Below, one piece after another: positions 1 to 9,934 of a stretch of DNA of 64,000 nt (position 1 is its first letter; the number at the start of each line of letters is the position of its first letter). This DNA comes from an uncultured Clostridia bacterium (GTDB taxonomy: Bacteria > Bacillota > Clostridia > DUPQ01), in assembly GCA_963766335.1 (NCBI GenBank), contig CAVXZA010000002.1, positions 1,037,386 to 1,101,385 of the forward strand. The letters are read 5' to 3'. The notes below the pieces were generated by a model. That model saw only the letters and a program-made list of their open reading frames with translations. It was not told the DNA's origin and did no database searches. A program made the translations under genes and the position numbers.

Positions 1-1
1 A

Positions 2-484
2 AAATTCAAGCGCATAACGTATTCAAAGGCAATAGATATCCTTATAAACAGCGGAGTTGAGTTTGATAATCCGGTTGAATGGGGAAGCGACCTTCAGACA
101 GAACATGAAAGATATATCACTGAGCAGCATTTTAAAAAACCGGTATTCGTAACTGATTATCCAAAGGAAATAAAAGCCTTCTATATGAGGCTGAACGATG
201 ATAACAAGACCGTCGCGGCCGTTGATCTGCTTGTGCCCGGGGTCGGGGAAATCATTGGCGGCAGCCAGCGTGAAGAACGTTATGATGTGCTTGTTGACAG
301 GATAAAGGAAACAGGAATGGATACTGAAGACTATTGGTGGTACCTGGATATCAGAAAGTTCGGGGGCACGGAACATGCCGGCTTCGGACTTGGATTTGAA
401 AGAGTGCTTATGTACATAACGGGCATGAGCAATATAAGGGACGTAGTGCCGTTCCCGAGGGTACCAAGGCACGCAGAGTTTTAG
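2..484 (+). CDS. asnS: asparaginyl-tRNA synthetase, C-terminal portion (5' end lies outside the window)
   Basis: ORF in frame from the window edge. The C-terminal motif GGSQREER...[14 protein letters not shown]...IRDVVPFPR is typical of the class IIb AsnRS C-terminus. Confidence 0.8.
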   Translation, partial: KFKRITYSKAIDILINSGVEFDNPVEWGSDLQTEHERYITEQHFKKPVFVTDYPKEIKAFYMRLNDDNKTVAAVDLLVPGVGEIIGGSQREERYDVLVDRIKETGMDTEDYWWYLDIRKFGGTEHAGFGLGFERVLMYITGMSNIRDVVPFPRVPRHAEF

Positions 485-493
485 GAGGAATGC

Positions 494-814
494 ATGAGTC
501 ATGATATACCCCTTAATGATGGCAATATAGAAATATCTGAAGCCGTTCTGGTTACATTCGTTGAAAAAACCGTCGGGGAGTTTGAAGGAATAGCCTTAAG
601 CAGACGAAGGAAATCAGTGAAGGTTTCGAGGTCTGATGCAGGTTGTACATTTGATCTTGGATTGGATGTAAACTACGGGACTAACATACCCGATGTTGTT
701 AAGGAAATTCAAGCTGCAGTTAAGGAGCGTATAACCAAACTGGCCGGTGTAAAGGTAAAGGAAGTCAATGTAGTGGTAGAAGGCCTGAATATAGAAGAGC
801 TTATCAAAAAATAA
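494..814 (+). CDS. Asp23/Gls24 family alkaline-shock/envelope-stress protein
   Basis: 106 aa with a GGAGGA RBS 5 nt upstream. The sequence pattern is typical of the Asp23 family (VKVKEVNVVVEGLNIE, charged C-terminus). Confidence 0.75.
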   Translation: MSHDIPLNDGNIEISEAVLVTFVEKTVGEFEGIALSRRRKSVKVSRSDAGCTFDLGLDVNYGTNIPDVVKEIQAAVKERITKLAGVKVKEVNVVVEGLNIEELIKK

Positions 815-822
815 GGCATTAT

Positions 823-1878
823 ATGAAAAAAATTGTTCTTAATTCCATAATAATTATTTCTACAAGCGTGGTGCTGGTACTGCTTGTGTTTTTTACTGAT
901 GGGGCACAGAACATGATAAGTTTGATTGTAAGGACTGAATACAAATGGCTGGCAGCAGCTTTGGCCTGTACCTTTCTTTTCTGGATTTTCGGCGCTCTTA
1001 CCGTTGGAATGCTTAAAAGGGGAATCGTAGGAAAGCATAGTGACCCTGGTCAAAACTTAAAAACTGTCATGGTGGGAATGTTTTTCAGCTCTGTAACCCC
1101 ATTTGCAACCGGGGGACAGCCGGCCCAGATTTTTATGTTAAAAAAAATGGGTATTGACGGAGGTACCGGAAGCAGCATAATCATTTTAAAATCTGTTTTT
1201 TTCCAAAGTTCAATTATGATGATATGTCTTGGTCTTTATATAGCGAACCGCCAGTTTCTGGTTATGAACATTCCCCAGTTTAATTTACTATTTGCAATCG
1301 GCTGCGTGGCGAATCTGTTTTTGTTGAGCCTTTATGCATTGTTTCTATTCAATTCCAAAGCTGCTGAACGGGCTGTATGGTATTTTTTAAAAATTATTAG
1401 CTTTTTCAAGATAATTAAAAATCCGGAAGAAAAAATGGAAGGCCTTCACATATCCCTTGGGCGGTTTAAGGACGGGGTAAGGAAATTATTAGAAAGAAAA
1501 AGATATATTTTGGGGGCATTGTTTATGCAGCTATTGCAGCATGGATTTCTTTTTTGTGTTCCTATTTTCATGATGCGTGCCATTGAAGGCTCTTTTACCA
1601 GTGTTTTCGGCGGAGTTTTTGACATTTTCGTGTGCACTGCCATGGTATCAATGATAGCCGCCCTTGTACCCACTCCAGGGACTACGGGTGGAGCGGAGGG
1701 CCTCAGTCTTTTATTTATTTCACCGTTCTTTTATGGATCACCCAAAATGTCAATAGTACTTATATGGAGGCTGCTGACCTATTATGCCAATGTGGTTGTC
1801 GGCGCTATATTCTGTCTGCTTGTCAAAGAAAAGCCGCTTAATTCAAAAGAAGTACGGGAGGATGCCATTGAAGCATAA
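823..1878 (+). CDS. flippase-like-domain (UPF0104/MprF-type) integral membrane protein
   Basis: 351 aa polytopic membrane protein. It resembles the lysylphosphatidylglycerol-synthase transmembrane/flippase-like family. Confidence 0.5.
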   Translation: MKKIVLNSIIIISTSVVLVLLVFFTDGAQNMISLIVRTEYKWLAAALACTFLFWIFGALTVGMLKRGIVGKHSDPGQNLKTVMVGMFFSSVTPFATGGQPAQIFMLKKMGIDGGTGSSIIILKSVFFQSSIMMICLGLYIANRQFLVMNIPQFNLLFAIGCVANLFLLSLYALFLFNSKAAERAVWYFLKIISFFKIIKNPEEKMEGLHISLGRFKDGVRKLLERKRYILGALFMQLLQHGFLFCVPIFMMRAIEGSFTSVFGGVFDIFVCTAMVSMIAALVPTPGTTGGAEGLSLLFISPFFYGSPKMSIVLIWRLLTYYANVVVGAIFCLLVKEKPLNSKEVREDAIEA

Positions 1879-2593
1879 ATTAATCAGCTGCGAGGTTCTC
1901 GAAAGAGAAACCGTTTATTGCACCATAAGTACCGATTTACATATTGAAATTGAATATACTGAAAAGGCAGCCCATGAAAAACCGGACATGCTTCAGCGCA
2001 GTATACAGAAAATAATTGACGATTCAATAGGATATGATGCCGTTTTACTGGGGTTCGGTTTATGTGGAAATGCGCTAAATGGTTTGAAGGCGACAAGGTG
2101 TAAATTAGTAGTTCCCAAAGCCCATGACTGCTGTACGCTATTTCTTGGTTCAAGGAAACGATTTAACGAAATATTCGATGGCAGGGAAAGCATGCAGTGG
2201 GGAAGCACGGGTTACTGTGAAAAAGGAGATGGATATCTTAGAAAGTCGGAGACAGGCGCTGTAATAGGTTATGACAGGACATATGAACAATATATTGAGG
2301 ATTACGGGGAAGAAAACGCAGAGTACATATGGAAGACCATACATCCGGAACGCGAATCCAACGATGTACTTTTTATTAAAATACCTGAAACCTACGACCA
2401 TTCTGTATTTATTGATTTTGAAAAAGAGATGACCGAAGAGGGCAAAAGCATCACCATTGAAGAGGGCAGTATATCTATCATCAGTAAATTGCTGAGCGGA
2501 AACTGGGATGATGATTTCTTAGTTGTGGAACAGGGTAGCATGATTTCAGCAGTATATGATAAAGAACAGGTAATATGTTCAAAGTTTGCATAA
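1862..2593 (+). CDS. DUF1638 domain protein
   Basis: ATG at 1862 is preceded by GGAGG and overlaps the upstream gene stop. The sequence has the DUF1638-like character (LGFGLCGNAL). The ORF-track start at 1784 was rejected as an N-terminal extension. Confidence 0.55.
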   Translation: MPLKHKLISCEVLERETVYCTISTDLHIEIEYTEKAAHEKPDMLQRSIQKIIDDSIGYDAVLLGFGLCGNALNGLKATRCKLVVPKAHDCCTLFLGSRKRFNEIFDGRESMQWGSTGYCEKGDGYLRKSETGAVIGYDRTYEQYIEDYGEENAEYIWKTIHPERESNDVLFIKIPETYDHSVFIDFEKEMTEEGKSITIEEGSISIISKLLSGNWDDDFLVVEQGSMISAVYDKEQVICSKFA

Positions 2594-2630
2594 AATGACA
2601 ATTTATGGTATTTTTATTCAGGAGGAATGA

Positions 2631-3200
2631 ATGGCCAGGCTAATACTTGCCTCAGGGTCCCCGCGAAGGGCTGAAATGATGGCAAGGATAACAAGTGAAT
2701 TCATGATAGTTATTCCCGATATTGACGAAACCATGCGTGACGGCGAAAGCCCGGAAAGAATGGTTGAAAGGCTTGCAATTGAAAAAGCCCATGCGGCAAT
2801 TAAAAAAAACGATGGAAAACTCCCTGTGGTTGCGGCGGATACGATTGTAGTTCATGAAAGGGTTCTCGGAAAACCGAAAAATGAAGAGGAGGCATGTAAA
2901 ATGCTTGATGAACTTTCAAATGACAGCCATTTTGTTATCACGGGAGTAGCTATAATAAATCCTCTGAATGGCAGGGAAGTATCTTTTATTGAAAAAACAG
3001 AAGTGTTTTTCGGTCCTATTGATGAAACTGAAATAAAAACATATGTTAAGGGCGGTGAACCTATGGACAAGGCGGGTGCATATGGAATTCAAGGAGATGC
3101 CGGCAGGTTCATAACTAAAATCAATGGATGTTTCTATAATGTTATGGGATTCCCGCTTAGCAGGATTTATACCGGACTTAAAGAACTGGACATACTTTGA
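2631..3200 (+). CDS. maf: Maf-like nucleoside triphosphate pyrophosphatase (septum formation protein Maf)
   Basis: The N-terminus LILASGSPRR is the Maf signature, the length is 189 aa, and there is a GGAGGA RBS. Confidence 0.85.
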   Translation: MARLILASGSPRRAEMMARITSEFMIVIPDIDETMRDGESPERMVERLAIEKAHAAIKKNDGKLPVVAADTIVVHERVLGKPKNEEEACKMLDELSNDSHFVITGVAIINPLNGREVSFIEKTEVFFGPIDETEIKTYVKGGEPMDKAGAYGIQGDAGRFITKINGCFYNVMGFPLSRIYTGLKELDIL

Positions 3201-3246
3201 CATTCCTCTGACGGCTTTCTGCCGCACTATATTACGGAGGGACAAA

Positions 3247-3942
3247 ATGGATAATCTAAGAATCAAGGATATGCCTGAGGAAGACAGGCCTTATGAAAAA
3301 CTGGAAAAATCCGGGGCTGAAAGCCTTACTGATGCTGAATTGTTGGCAATCATAATAAAAACAGGATGCAAAAATGACACATCCATAGACATTACAAGAA
3401 AAATAATCAATAGGCATTCAGAAGGAAAAGGACTGCTTTATCTTAAAAAAGCATCTATATCACAGTTATGTGAAATCCGCGGAGTGGGAAGGGTTAAAGC
3501 AATCCAACTAAAAGCAGCAGTGGAGCTGGGATGCCGCCTGACATGTGCGGGGAAAGAAAACGGAAGATATAAGATAGCGTCTCCTGAAGACATTAAAATG
3601 CTGTATATGGAACAGCTTAGGCATATGACAAAAGAAATTTTCATGGTTCTTGTCTTGAACACGAGAAATGAAGTAATAAAGGAACTTAGGATATCAACAG
3701 GAAGTCTCTCAGAAACCGTGGTGCATCCCAGGGAGGTTTTTTCAGAGGTCATTAAAGAGCCCGCAGCATCGGTAATTCTAATTCACAACCATCCAAGCGG
3801 CGATTCAAATCCCAGCGGAAACGACAAAAAAACGACCAGACGCTTGGTTGAGGCTGGAAAAATTCTGGGCATTAAAATACTTGACCATGTTATAATAGGA
3901 AATAGAAATATATTCAGCTTTAAAGAGAACGGCCTGATGTAA
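3247..3942 (+). CDS. radC: RadC-like JAB domain protein (UPF0758)
   Basis: Start chosen at ATG 3247 after GGAGGG. The HhH region LTDAELLAIIIKTG and the JAB motif HNHPSGDSNPS support the call. Confidence 0.8.
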   Translation: MDNLRIKDMPEEDRPYEKLEKSGAESLTDAELLAIIIKTGCKNDTSIDITRKIINRHSEGKGLLYLKKASISQLCEIRGVGRVKAIQLKAAVELGCRLTCAGKENGRYKIASPEDIKMLYMEQLRHMTKEIFMVLVLNTRNEVIKELRISTGSLSETVVHPREVFSEVIKEPAASVILIHNHPSGDSNPSGNDKKTTRRLVEAGKILGIKILDHVIIGNRNIFSFKENGLM

Positions 3943-3993
3943 TAAACCGAGGGATTATCATTCGGTTTAGTTATGGCTTTTACGGAGGATAAA

Positions 3994-5004
3994 ATGGCAC
4001 TATTTGGAAAAGATATCGGGATTGACCTTGGCACTGCCAATACAATTATATTCGAACGCGGAAAGGGCATTATATTAAGAGAGCCTTCAGTTGTAGCAGC
4101 TGATGAAAAGAAAAATGAAGTCATAGCTGTTGGTGAAGAAGCAAAAAGAATGGTGGGAAGAACACCCGGAACCATTAGTGCTGTAAGACCACTTAAAGAA
4201 GGAGTCATTGCGGATTACAGATGTACACTTCAGATGCTGAACCGTTTCATCAGAAAAGCAGTCGGAAAAAGGCTTTTTGCAAAACCTCGTCTTATAATAT
4301 GCGTGCCTGCAGGCGTAACCCAGGTTGAAAAAAAAGCTGTTATTGAAGCCGGTCTGGAAGCTGGTGCAAAGGAAGTCTTTGTTGCCGAGGAATCCATTAT
4401 GGCAGCAGTAGGGGCAGGTTTGCCGGTGCTTGAACCAATAGGGAATATGATTGTGGATATCGGAGGGGGAACATCAGAAGTGGCTGTCATATCCATGGGG
4501 AGGATCGTTACAAGCACAACCCTAAGAATTGCAGGAGACCGGTTTGATGAGGTAATAGCCCAGTATATTAGAAAAAAATACAGGCTGTTCATCGGCTCAA
4601 GAACAGCAGAAAATATAAAGATACAGATTGGTAATGTATTTCCTTCTGATTATTCTGAAGAAATGGAAATCAGAGGACGAAACATGACCCAGGGGCTTCC
4701 GGTTAACCTTACCATAACTTCGGATGAAATAGCCGAAGCTATGGAGGATATTGCAAATGAGCTTCTTGAAGCAATCAGAAGCACACTCGAAAAAACCCCT
4801 CCCGAATTATCGGCTGATATAATGACCAGCGGAATCTATCTCACCGGCGGCGGTGCGTTGATCAAAGGCATTGATAAATTCATAAGCACCAGGACGGGAG
4901 ATATTCCCGTTTATATAGCGGACAATCCCTTGGACTGTGTTGCCATCGGAACGGGAAAAGCACTTGAAAACCTGGATTATCTTAGTGGTGCAACCAAGAG
5001 GTAA
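3994..5004 (+). CDS. mreB: rod shape-determining protein MreB
   Basis: The actin-like ATPase N-terminus IGIDLGTANT is present, and the gene lies upstream of mreC/mreD. Start at ATG 3994 after GGAGG. Confidence 0.9.
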   Translation: MALFGKDIGIDLGTANTIIFERGKGIILREPSVVAADEKKNEVIAVGEEAKRMVGRTPGTISAVRPLKEGVIADYRCTLQMLNRFIRKAVGKRLFAKPRLIICVPAGVTQVEKKAVIEAGLEAGAKEVFVAEESIMAAVGAGLPVLEPIGNMIVDIGGGTSEVAVISMGRIVTSTTLRIAGDRFDEVIAQYIRKKYRLFIGSRTAENIKIQIGNVFPSDYSEEMEIRGRNMTQGLPVNLTITSDEIAEAMEDIANELLEAIRSTLEKTPPELSADIMTSGIYLTGGGALIKGIDKFISTRTGDIPVYIADNPLDCVAIGTGKALENLDYLSGATKR

Positions 5005-5015
5005 GGAGTCCGGTA

Positions 5016-5858
5016 TTGAACAAACTCCTGAGAAATCGAAAATTCCAGATAACTTCAGCCATTATCATATTGCTGGTTGTTGTTTTATTGTCCGCAGACC
5101 GTTTCAGTAAAATCAATATAATACGAAATATTGTTACAGCACCTGTTACTTTTGTACAAAAGGGTATTAATGCAGTTGGAAACTGGACTGAAGGCCTGGC
5201 ATCGAGTATCAGGAATTACAGTTCGGTTATAGAAGAAAATTCAAATTTAAAAGATGAGAACCTGCTGCTAAAAGAGCATATAGCCGTGCTTGCGGATGTA
5301 GAGGATGAGAATAAAAGACTTAGGGAAGCGGTAAAGCTAAAAGACAGATTCAGCAATTACGAGGTCATAGGCGCGAATATTGTTGGGACCGATCCCGGGA
5401 ACTTTCTTTATAACTATAGGATTGACATAGGTTCTTTGGACGGGGTAAAAATAGACGACCCGGTAATTGCTGCAAATAACATTTTGGTAGGCAGAATTTA
5501 TAGTGTTGGCCTTACATCTTCGGTTGTAATTCCGCTTATCGATGAACTCAGCGGAATAAGCGCCTGGACTTCGAAAGCTGATGGCGGCCATGCAGTTATT
5601 AAGGGAGATATTGAATTAAAGGCTGAAGGCCTGTGCATAATGGACACCATCAACGAAACCATGAATATTGAAGTCGGCGATATTGTAGAAACTTCCGGAA
5701 TGGGCGGAATATATCCCAAGGGCATCATTATTGGGGAAATTACTGAAATTCACAGAGAAACATCTCTAATTGAAAGACATGCCATAATCAAGCCGTTCAT
5801 AGACTTTAATGCCCTTGAGGAAGTTTATATACTTCAGGATAGAAGAGCGGGGGACTGA
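5016..5858 (+). CDS. mreC: rod shape-determining protein MreC
   Basis: TTG start, N-terminal TM segment, coiled-coil and a C-terminal beta domain. Located between mreB and mreD. Confidence 0.8.
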   Translation: MNKLLRNRKFQITSAIIILLVVVLLSADRFSKINIIRNIVTAPVTFVQKGINAVGNWTEGLASSIRNYSSVIEENSNLKDENLLLKEHIAVLADVEDENKRLREAVKLKDRFSNYEVIGANIVGTDPGNFLYNYRIDIGSLDGVKIDDPVIAANNILVGRIYSVGLTSSVVIPLIDELSGISAWTSKADGGHAVIKGDIELKAEGLCIMDTINETMNIEVGDIVETSGMGGIYPKGIIIGEITEIHRETSLIERHAIIKPFIDFNALEEVYILQDRRAGD

Positions 5859-5860
5859 TA

Positions 5861-6382
5861 ATGCGTGGATACAAGTGGTATATAATAGTATTCCTTGCCC
5901 TTATGGTAATCGCACAACCAAGTTTATCGGAGTGGTTTTCGGTAAAGGGAGCCGTTGTCAGTTTTGTGCTTTTTTTTATAATGCTGACCGCTTTTGGAAA
6001 AAAGAGCCCGGATATCTTTATAGTTGCACTGTCGCTTGGTTTTTTCTACGATATGATGTACAGCCCGTGGCTTGGAAGGATGACTTTAGTGCTTTTACTT
6101 GCTGTGCTTTCCGTAATGGCAGTGGGTAAAATCGTCTATAAAAACCATATGCCCGTTCTTACTGTTTTCTTTTTTGTTTCAACATACATAATGGAAAATA
6201 TTCGGACTGTTCTTGAGGTAGGCCTGCGGATATATTTTAGAAGCTTTGGTTATATCCAGGGGAATATTCTTAGTATTGCTTTGTATGCAGCCTTCCTTGC
6301 AGCTGTTTTTGGCACGGTTTTTTTCCTACAGTCGTTCTTAAGGGATAAAAAACTCGGAGCCAGGAAGAGCGGTGTCTTATGA
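5861..6382 (+). CDS. mreD: rod shape-determining protein MreD
   Basis: Small polytopic membrane protein immediately after mreC. Its stop overlaps the PBP2 start (ATGA). Confidence 0.7.
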   Translation: MRGYKWYIIVFLALMVIAQPSLSEWFSVKGAVVSFVLFFIMLTAFGKKSPDIFIVALSLGFFYDMMYSPWLGRMTLVLLLAVLSVMAVGKIVYKNHMPVLTVFFFVSTYIMENIRTVLEVGLRIYFRSFGYIQGNILSIALYAAFLAAVFGTVFFLQSFLRDKKLGARKSGVL

Positions 6383-8457
6383 ATAGAACGGGCTTTCTTG
6401 CAAGCAGATATATCATATTGACCATAATTATTATTTTGGCTGCAGCTGCAATGATAATTAAACTTTATGACATGCAGATTACCAAGGGAAGCGATTATGC
6501 CCTGCAGTCGTCAAAGAAAATAACCCATAGATTCGCAATAGAAGCTCCTAGGGGGATTATATATGACAGGGACGGGCGCCCTCTTGCTTATAACAGGGAA
6601 AGCAATGATCTTTACTTAACAAAAGCTTATTCATCTAATAATGAACTAAATGAATCCCTTCTTCGGTTGAGTCTTGTTCTAGAGGACAATGATGAAACTT
6701 ATCTGCATTCTTTTGATAAATATGTGCTTGGAAATCCGGTTATTTTTAACCCTGATCATACTATAGACGAAATAATCCAATGGCAGATGAATCCTGACCT
6801 CCTTAATATCGCAGCAAAATATACAAAAAATAGTGCAAAGGAGCTTATCCTGATACTTCGCAATGAATATAATATCGATGATAAATACACCGATGAAGAA
6901 GCATATAGAATTATCTGCATGCGTTATGAGATTATAAAAAACAGATGGAATTATATAACGGGGGGCAGGATTCCAATTGCTACGGATGTTAAAACTGAGA
7001 CTATAGCTGTTATTTCAGAGAACCGTCATAATATTCAAGGCGTTATAATTCAAAAAAGAATGGTAAGGGAATACGGCGATGTATCCAATGTGGCACATGT
7101 TCTTGGATATGTAGGAAACATAGCTCCGGATAAATTACCGGATTATGAGAAAGACGGTTATAACAACAAGGATGTAATCGGCTTAAGCGGAATTGAAGAA
7201 TATGCCGAAAACTTTCTAAGGGGCGCTGACGGATATTTGGAGGTTGAGGCGGACCAAAGAACCGGTAGAATTCTTGAACAAATTGACGGATATGCCGAAA
7301 CACCGGGGAATAATGTTGTTCTTACCATAGATACAGATCTTCAGAAAGTGGCAATGAAGGCAATGGAGAAAACAATTGCATCAATAATCGGTAAAGCTGA
7401 CGGTGAAATTAATTTCGGGGATGCCTCCGCCGGAGCTACAATTGTTATGGATGTTAAAACCGGTGAATTACTGGTCATGGCAAGTTACCCTACATATGAT
7501 CCGAATTGGTTTATTGCCAACGATGAAGAATCACAGGAAAAGCGCCTTGAAGCCATTTTTGATGAATACGGACGTCCTACTTTCAACCGGGCACTACAGG
7601 GTCAATATACACCAGGTTCCACTTTTAAGCCAATTATTGCAATTGCGGCATTGGAAGCTGAAGACAAAGATTATGACGCATTATCTGAGATAGTATGCGA
7701 GGGTCATTTTACAGATGACGGCTGGGAATATTTCTGCCATAGGTATATAGAATCCAGGGGTTCGCATGGTCCTTTGACTATTTCAAAAGGCATTGAAACC
7801 AGTTGTAATATTGTTTTTCATAAATTAGGTCTGGATATCGGCATTGACGAGATTGATAAGTGGGTAGGCCGATTTGGATTCGGACAGCCAACCGGCATTG
7901 ACCTTTTTGGAGAAGCTGTTGGAATACGTTCAAACCCTGAATATAAATATTCGCGTTTTGATGAAAAATGGTGGCCTGCAGATACAGGGCAGACGTCCAT
8001 TGGACAGCTGTATAATAACTTCACACCGCTGCAGATGGTTGTGTATACGGCGGCACTTGCAACAGGAGGGGAGAAGCTTACGCCATATTTGATTAAAGAA
8101 GTTACTTCCCCGGATGGCGAAATACTATTTAAAGGTGAAAAAAGTTTTGAACAGATGATTTGGTCTGATGAAACATTTGAAATTGTCCGCGAAGGTATGA
8201 ATAGTGTTACGTTGGATGGTACTGCAAGCAAGGTTTTTCCTGATGATTACCCAATCAGCGTAGCTGCCAAAACAGGTACTGCTGAAACAGGACGTGAATC
8301 CGAGGAATCTTCAAATGGCTTATTCATTTGCTACGCACCTGTTGAAGATCCTCAGATAGCAATTGTTACTGTAATCGAAAAGGGCGTCTGGGGGTCGTAT
8401 GCGGCACCGGTTGCCAAGGAAATACTTAATGCATATTTCGGATTAGAGGGATACTGA
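6379..8457 (+). CDS. mrdA: penicillin-binding protein 2 (class B transpeptidase)
   Basis: 692 aa with an N-terminal TM segment and the STFK, SCN and KTGTAE motifs. Canonical mreBCD-mrdA context. Confidence 0.85.
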   Translation: MNRTGFLASRYIILTIIIILAAAAMIIKLYDMQITKGSDYALQSSKKITHRFAIEAPRGIIYDRDGRPLAYNRESNDLYLTKAYSSNNELNESLLRLSLVLEDNDETYLHSFDKYVLGNPVIFNPDHTIDEIIQWQMNPDLLNIAAKYTKNSAKELILILRNEYNIDDKYTDEEAYRIICMRYEIIKNRWNYITGGRIPIATDVKTETIAVISENRHNIQGVIIQKRMVREYGDVSNVAHVLGYVGNIAPDKLPDYEKDGYNNKDVIGLSGIEEYAENFLRGADGYLEVEADQRTGRILEQIDGYAETPGNNVVLTIDTDLQKVAMKAMEKTIASIIGKADGEINFGDASAGATIVMDVKTGELLVMASYPTYDPNWFIANDEESQEKRLEAIFDEYGRPTFNRALQGQYTPGSTFKPIIAIAALEAEDKDYDALSEIVCEGHFTDDGWEYFCHRYIESRGSHGPLTISKGIETSCNIVFHKLGLDIGIDEIDKWVGRFGFGQPTGIDLFGEAVGIRSNPEYKYSRFDEKWWPADTGQTSIGQLYNNFTPLQMVVYTAALATGGEKLTPYLIKEVTSPDGEILFKGEKSFEQMIWSDETFEIVREGMNSVTLDGTASKVFPDDYPISVAAKTGTAETGRESEESSNGLFICYAPVEDPQIAIVTVIEKGVWGSYAAPVAKEILNAYFGLEGY

Positions 8458-8459
8458 TA

Positions 8460-8987
8460 ATGAAAAAAGGACTTGTACATATATATACAGGCGATGGCAA
8501 GGGAAAAACAACGGCTTGTGCAGGACTCGCTCTCAGAATGGCAGGAAGCGGGGGCAGGGTGCTTTACTCATTCATGCAAAAAGGCATAATGAGTTCGGAG
8601 GTTAGGTTGCTTGAAACAATACCGGGAGTTGATGTCATCCAAATATGCACAATGACTAAGTTTTCCTACCTTCAAAATGATGAAGAAAAAGCTGAATACA
8701 AAAAACAGCATACAGAAGGCCTTAGAGAAATTGTTAGTCTATGCAAAAGCGGCAAATATGCTATGGTGATTGTTGACGAGGCAATCGGAGCAATACATGA
8801 AAAAGCGGTCAATTTAAAAGATATTATTGAATTGATTGAAACCAGGCCTGAGAATTGTGAAATAGTTTTGTCCGGCAGAAAAGCACCTGCCGAACTAACA
8901 GAGATTGCTGATTATGTATCGGACATACATGCGGTTAAACACCCGTTCGACAGGGGAATCCCCGCCCGACGGGGCGTCGAATTTTAA
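8460..8987 (+). CDS. cob(I)yrinic acid a,c-diamide / cob(I)alamin adenosyltransferase (CobO/BtuR family)
   Basis: The N-terminus HIYTGDGKGKTTACAGLALRMAGSGGRV is typical of the CobA/CobO P-loop family. It starts 3 nt after PBP2. Confidence 0.7.
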   Translation: MKKGLVHIYTGDGKGKTTACAGLALRMAGSGGRVLYSFMQKGIMSSEVRLLETIPGVDVIQICTMTKFSYLQNDEEKAEYKKQHTEGLREIVSLCKSGKYAMVIVDEAIGAIHEKAVNLKDIIELIETRPENCEIVLSGRKAPAELTEIADYVSDIHAVKHPFDRGIPARRGVEF

Positions 8988-9067
8988 AACCATCAGGTTA
9001 TCCGACGGGTAACCTGACGAATTCATCAAAGTAAATCAAGGATAGATTGACAAAGGAAGGGAAGAAA

Positions 9068-9934
9068 ATGGCTGAGGTCAGGATTGCAAAGGACTGGAAA
9101 GATTATGAGCTGCTGATGACCGGCGACGGGCACAAGCAAGAGCGTTGGGGAAACTTTATTTTAAGGCGCCCGGAGCCCCAGGCAGTTTGGCCCGCGGCAA
9201 ATCCATGGGGTCGGGCCGATGCCGTTTACCATAGAAGCAAATCCGGGGGAGGGCATTGGGAATATAACCGTAAAATTCCTGCGAAATGGCAGATTTCATA
9301 TAAGCAGCTGAAATTCAATGTTGAACCAACCGGATTCAAGCATACCGGACTCTTTCCGGAGCAGGCAGTAAACTGGGATTTTCTAATGGATAAAATAGAA
9401 AAATCAGGAAGAAAAACTGAAATTCTCAATCTTTTCGCCTATACAGGCGGCGCTACAGCCGCATGTGCATCAGCGGGTGCTTCGGTATGTCATGTAGATG
9501 CTGCAAAGGGTATGGTTGCACGGGCTAAGGATAACCTGTTTTTATCAGGATTGAGTGAAAAACCCGTCCGTTTTATTGTTGATGATGCTATTAAATTTGT
9601 AAAACGCGAAATACGCCGCGGCAGGAAGTATGATGGGATAATAATGGACCCCCCGGCATATGGCAGGGGACCGTCCGGAGAATTATGGAAAATAGAAGAT
9701 ACTCTTTATGAGTTAGTTGAATTGTGTGCACAGCTTCTAAGCGAAGACCCTCTGTTCTTTATCATAAATTCATATGCTTCGACACTTTCTCCACTGTTAA
9801 TGGAAAATATTATGGGATTGTTGCTTAAAAATAAACTTGGCGGTCGGATTGAAACTTTTGAATTGGGGCTTGATATATCAGACAGCAGCATGGTTTTACC
9901 ATGCGGTTTCACCGGAAGGTGGGAAAATGATTAA
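9068..9934 (+). CDS. class I SAM-dependent methyltransferase, RlmI/RlmK-like
   Basis: The SAM-binding region NLFAYTGGATAACASAGA..VCHVDAAKGMVARAKDN resembles the PF10672-type rRNA methyltransferases. The start is ambiguous between 9047 and 9068. Confidence 0.6.
   Translation: MAEVRIAKDWKDYELLMTGDGHKQERWGNFILRRPEPQAVWPAANPWGRADAVYHRSKSGGGHWEYNRKIPAKWQISYKQLKFNVEPTGFKHTGLFPEQAVNWDFLMDKIEKSGRKTEILNLFAYTGGATAACASAGASVCHVDAAKGMVARAKDNLFLSGLSEKPVRFIVDDAIKFVKREIRRGRKYDGIIMDPPAYGRGPSGELWKIEDTLYELVELCAQLLSEDPLFFIINSYASTLSPLLMENIMGLLLKNKLGGRIETFELGLDISDSSMVLPCGFTGRWEND

Noticed and set aside
23-502. 159-aa minus-strand ORF antisense to the asnS 3' end, and many similar 60-150 aa antisense or alternate-frame ORFs in the track (for example 709-1053, 1446-1673, 2150-2401, 36019-38054 on the plus strand within carB)
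   Set aside because: They lie entirely inside well-supported longer genes on the other strand or frame. They have no RBS and low-complexity, atypical composition, so they are spurious.
1784-1861. N-terminal extension of the DUF1638 ORF to the track start at 1784
   Set aside because: The extension overlaps the 3' end of the upstream membrane protein gene in another frame and has no RBS. ATG 1862 has a GGAGG RBS.
8988-9046. Inverted repeat TCAGGTTAtccgacggTAACCTGA between the CobO-like and methyltransferase genes
   Set aside because: No following U-tract, so it is not a convincing intrinsic terminator. It could be a protein-binding palindrome, but there is no further evidence.
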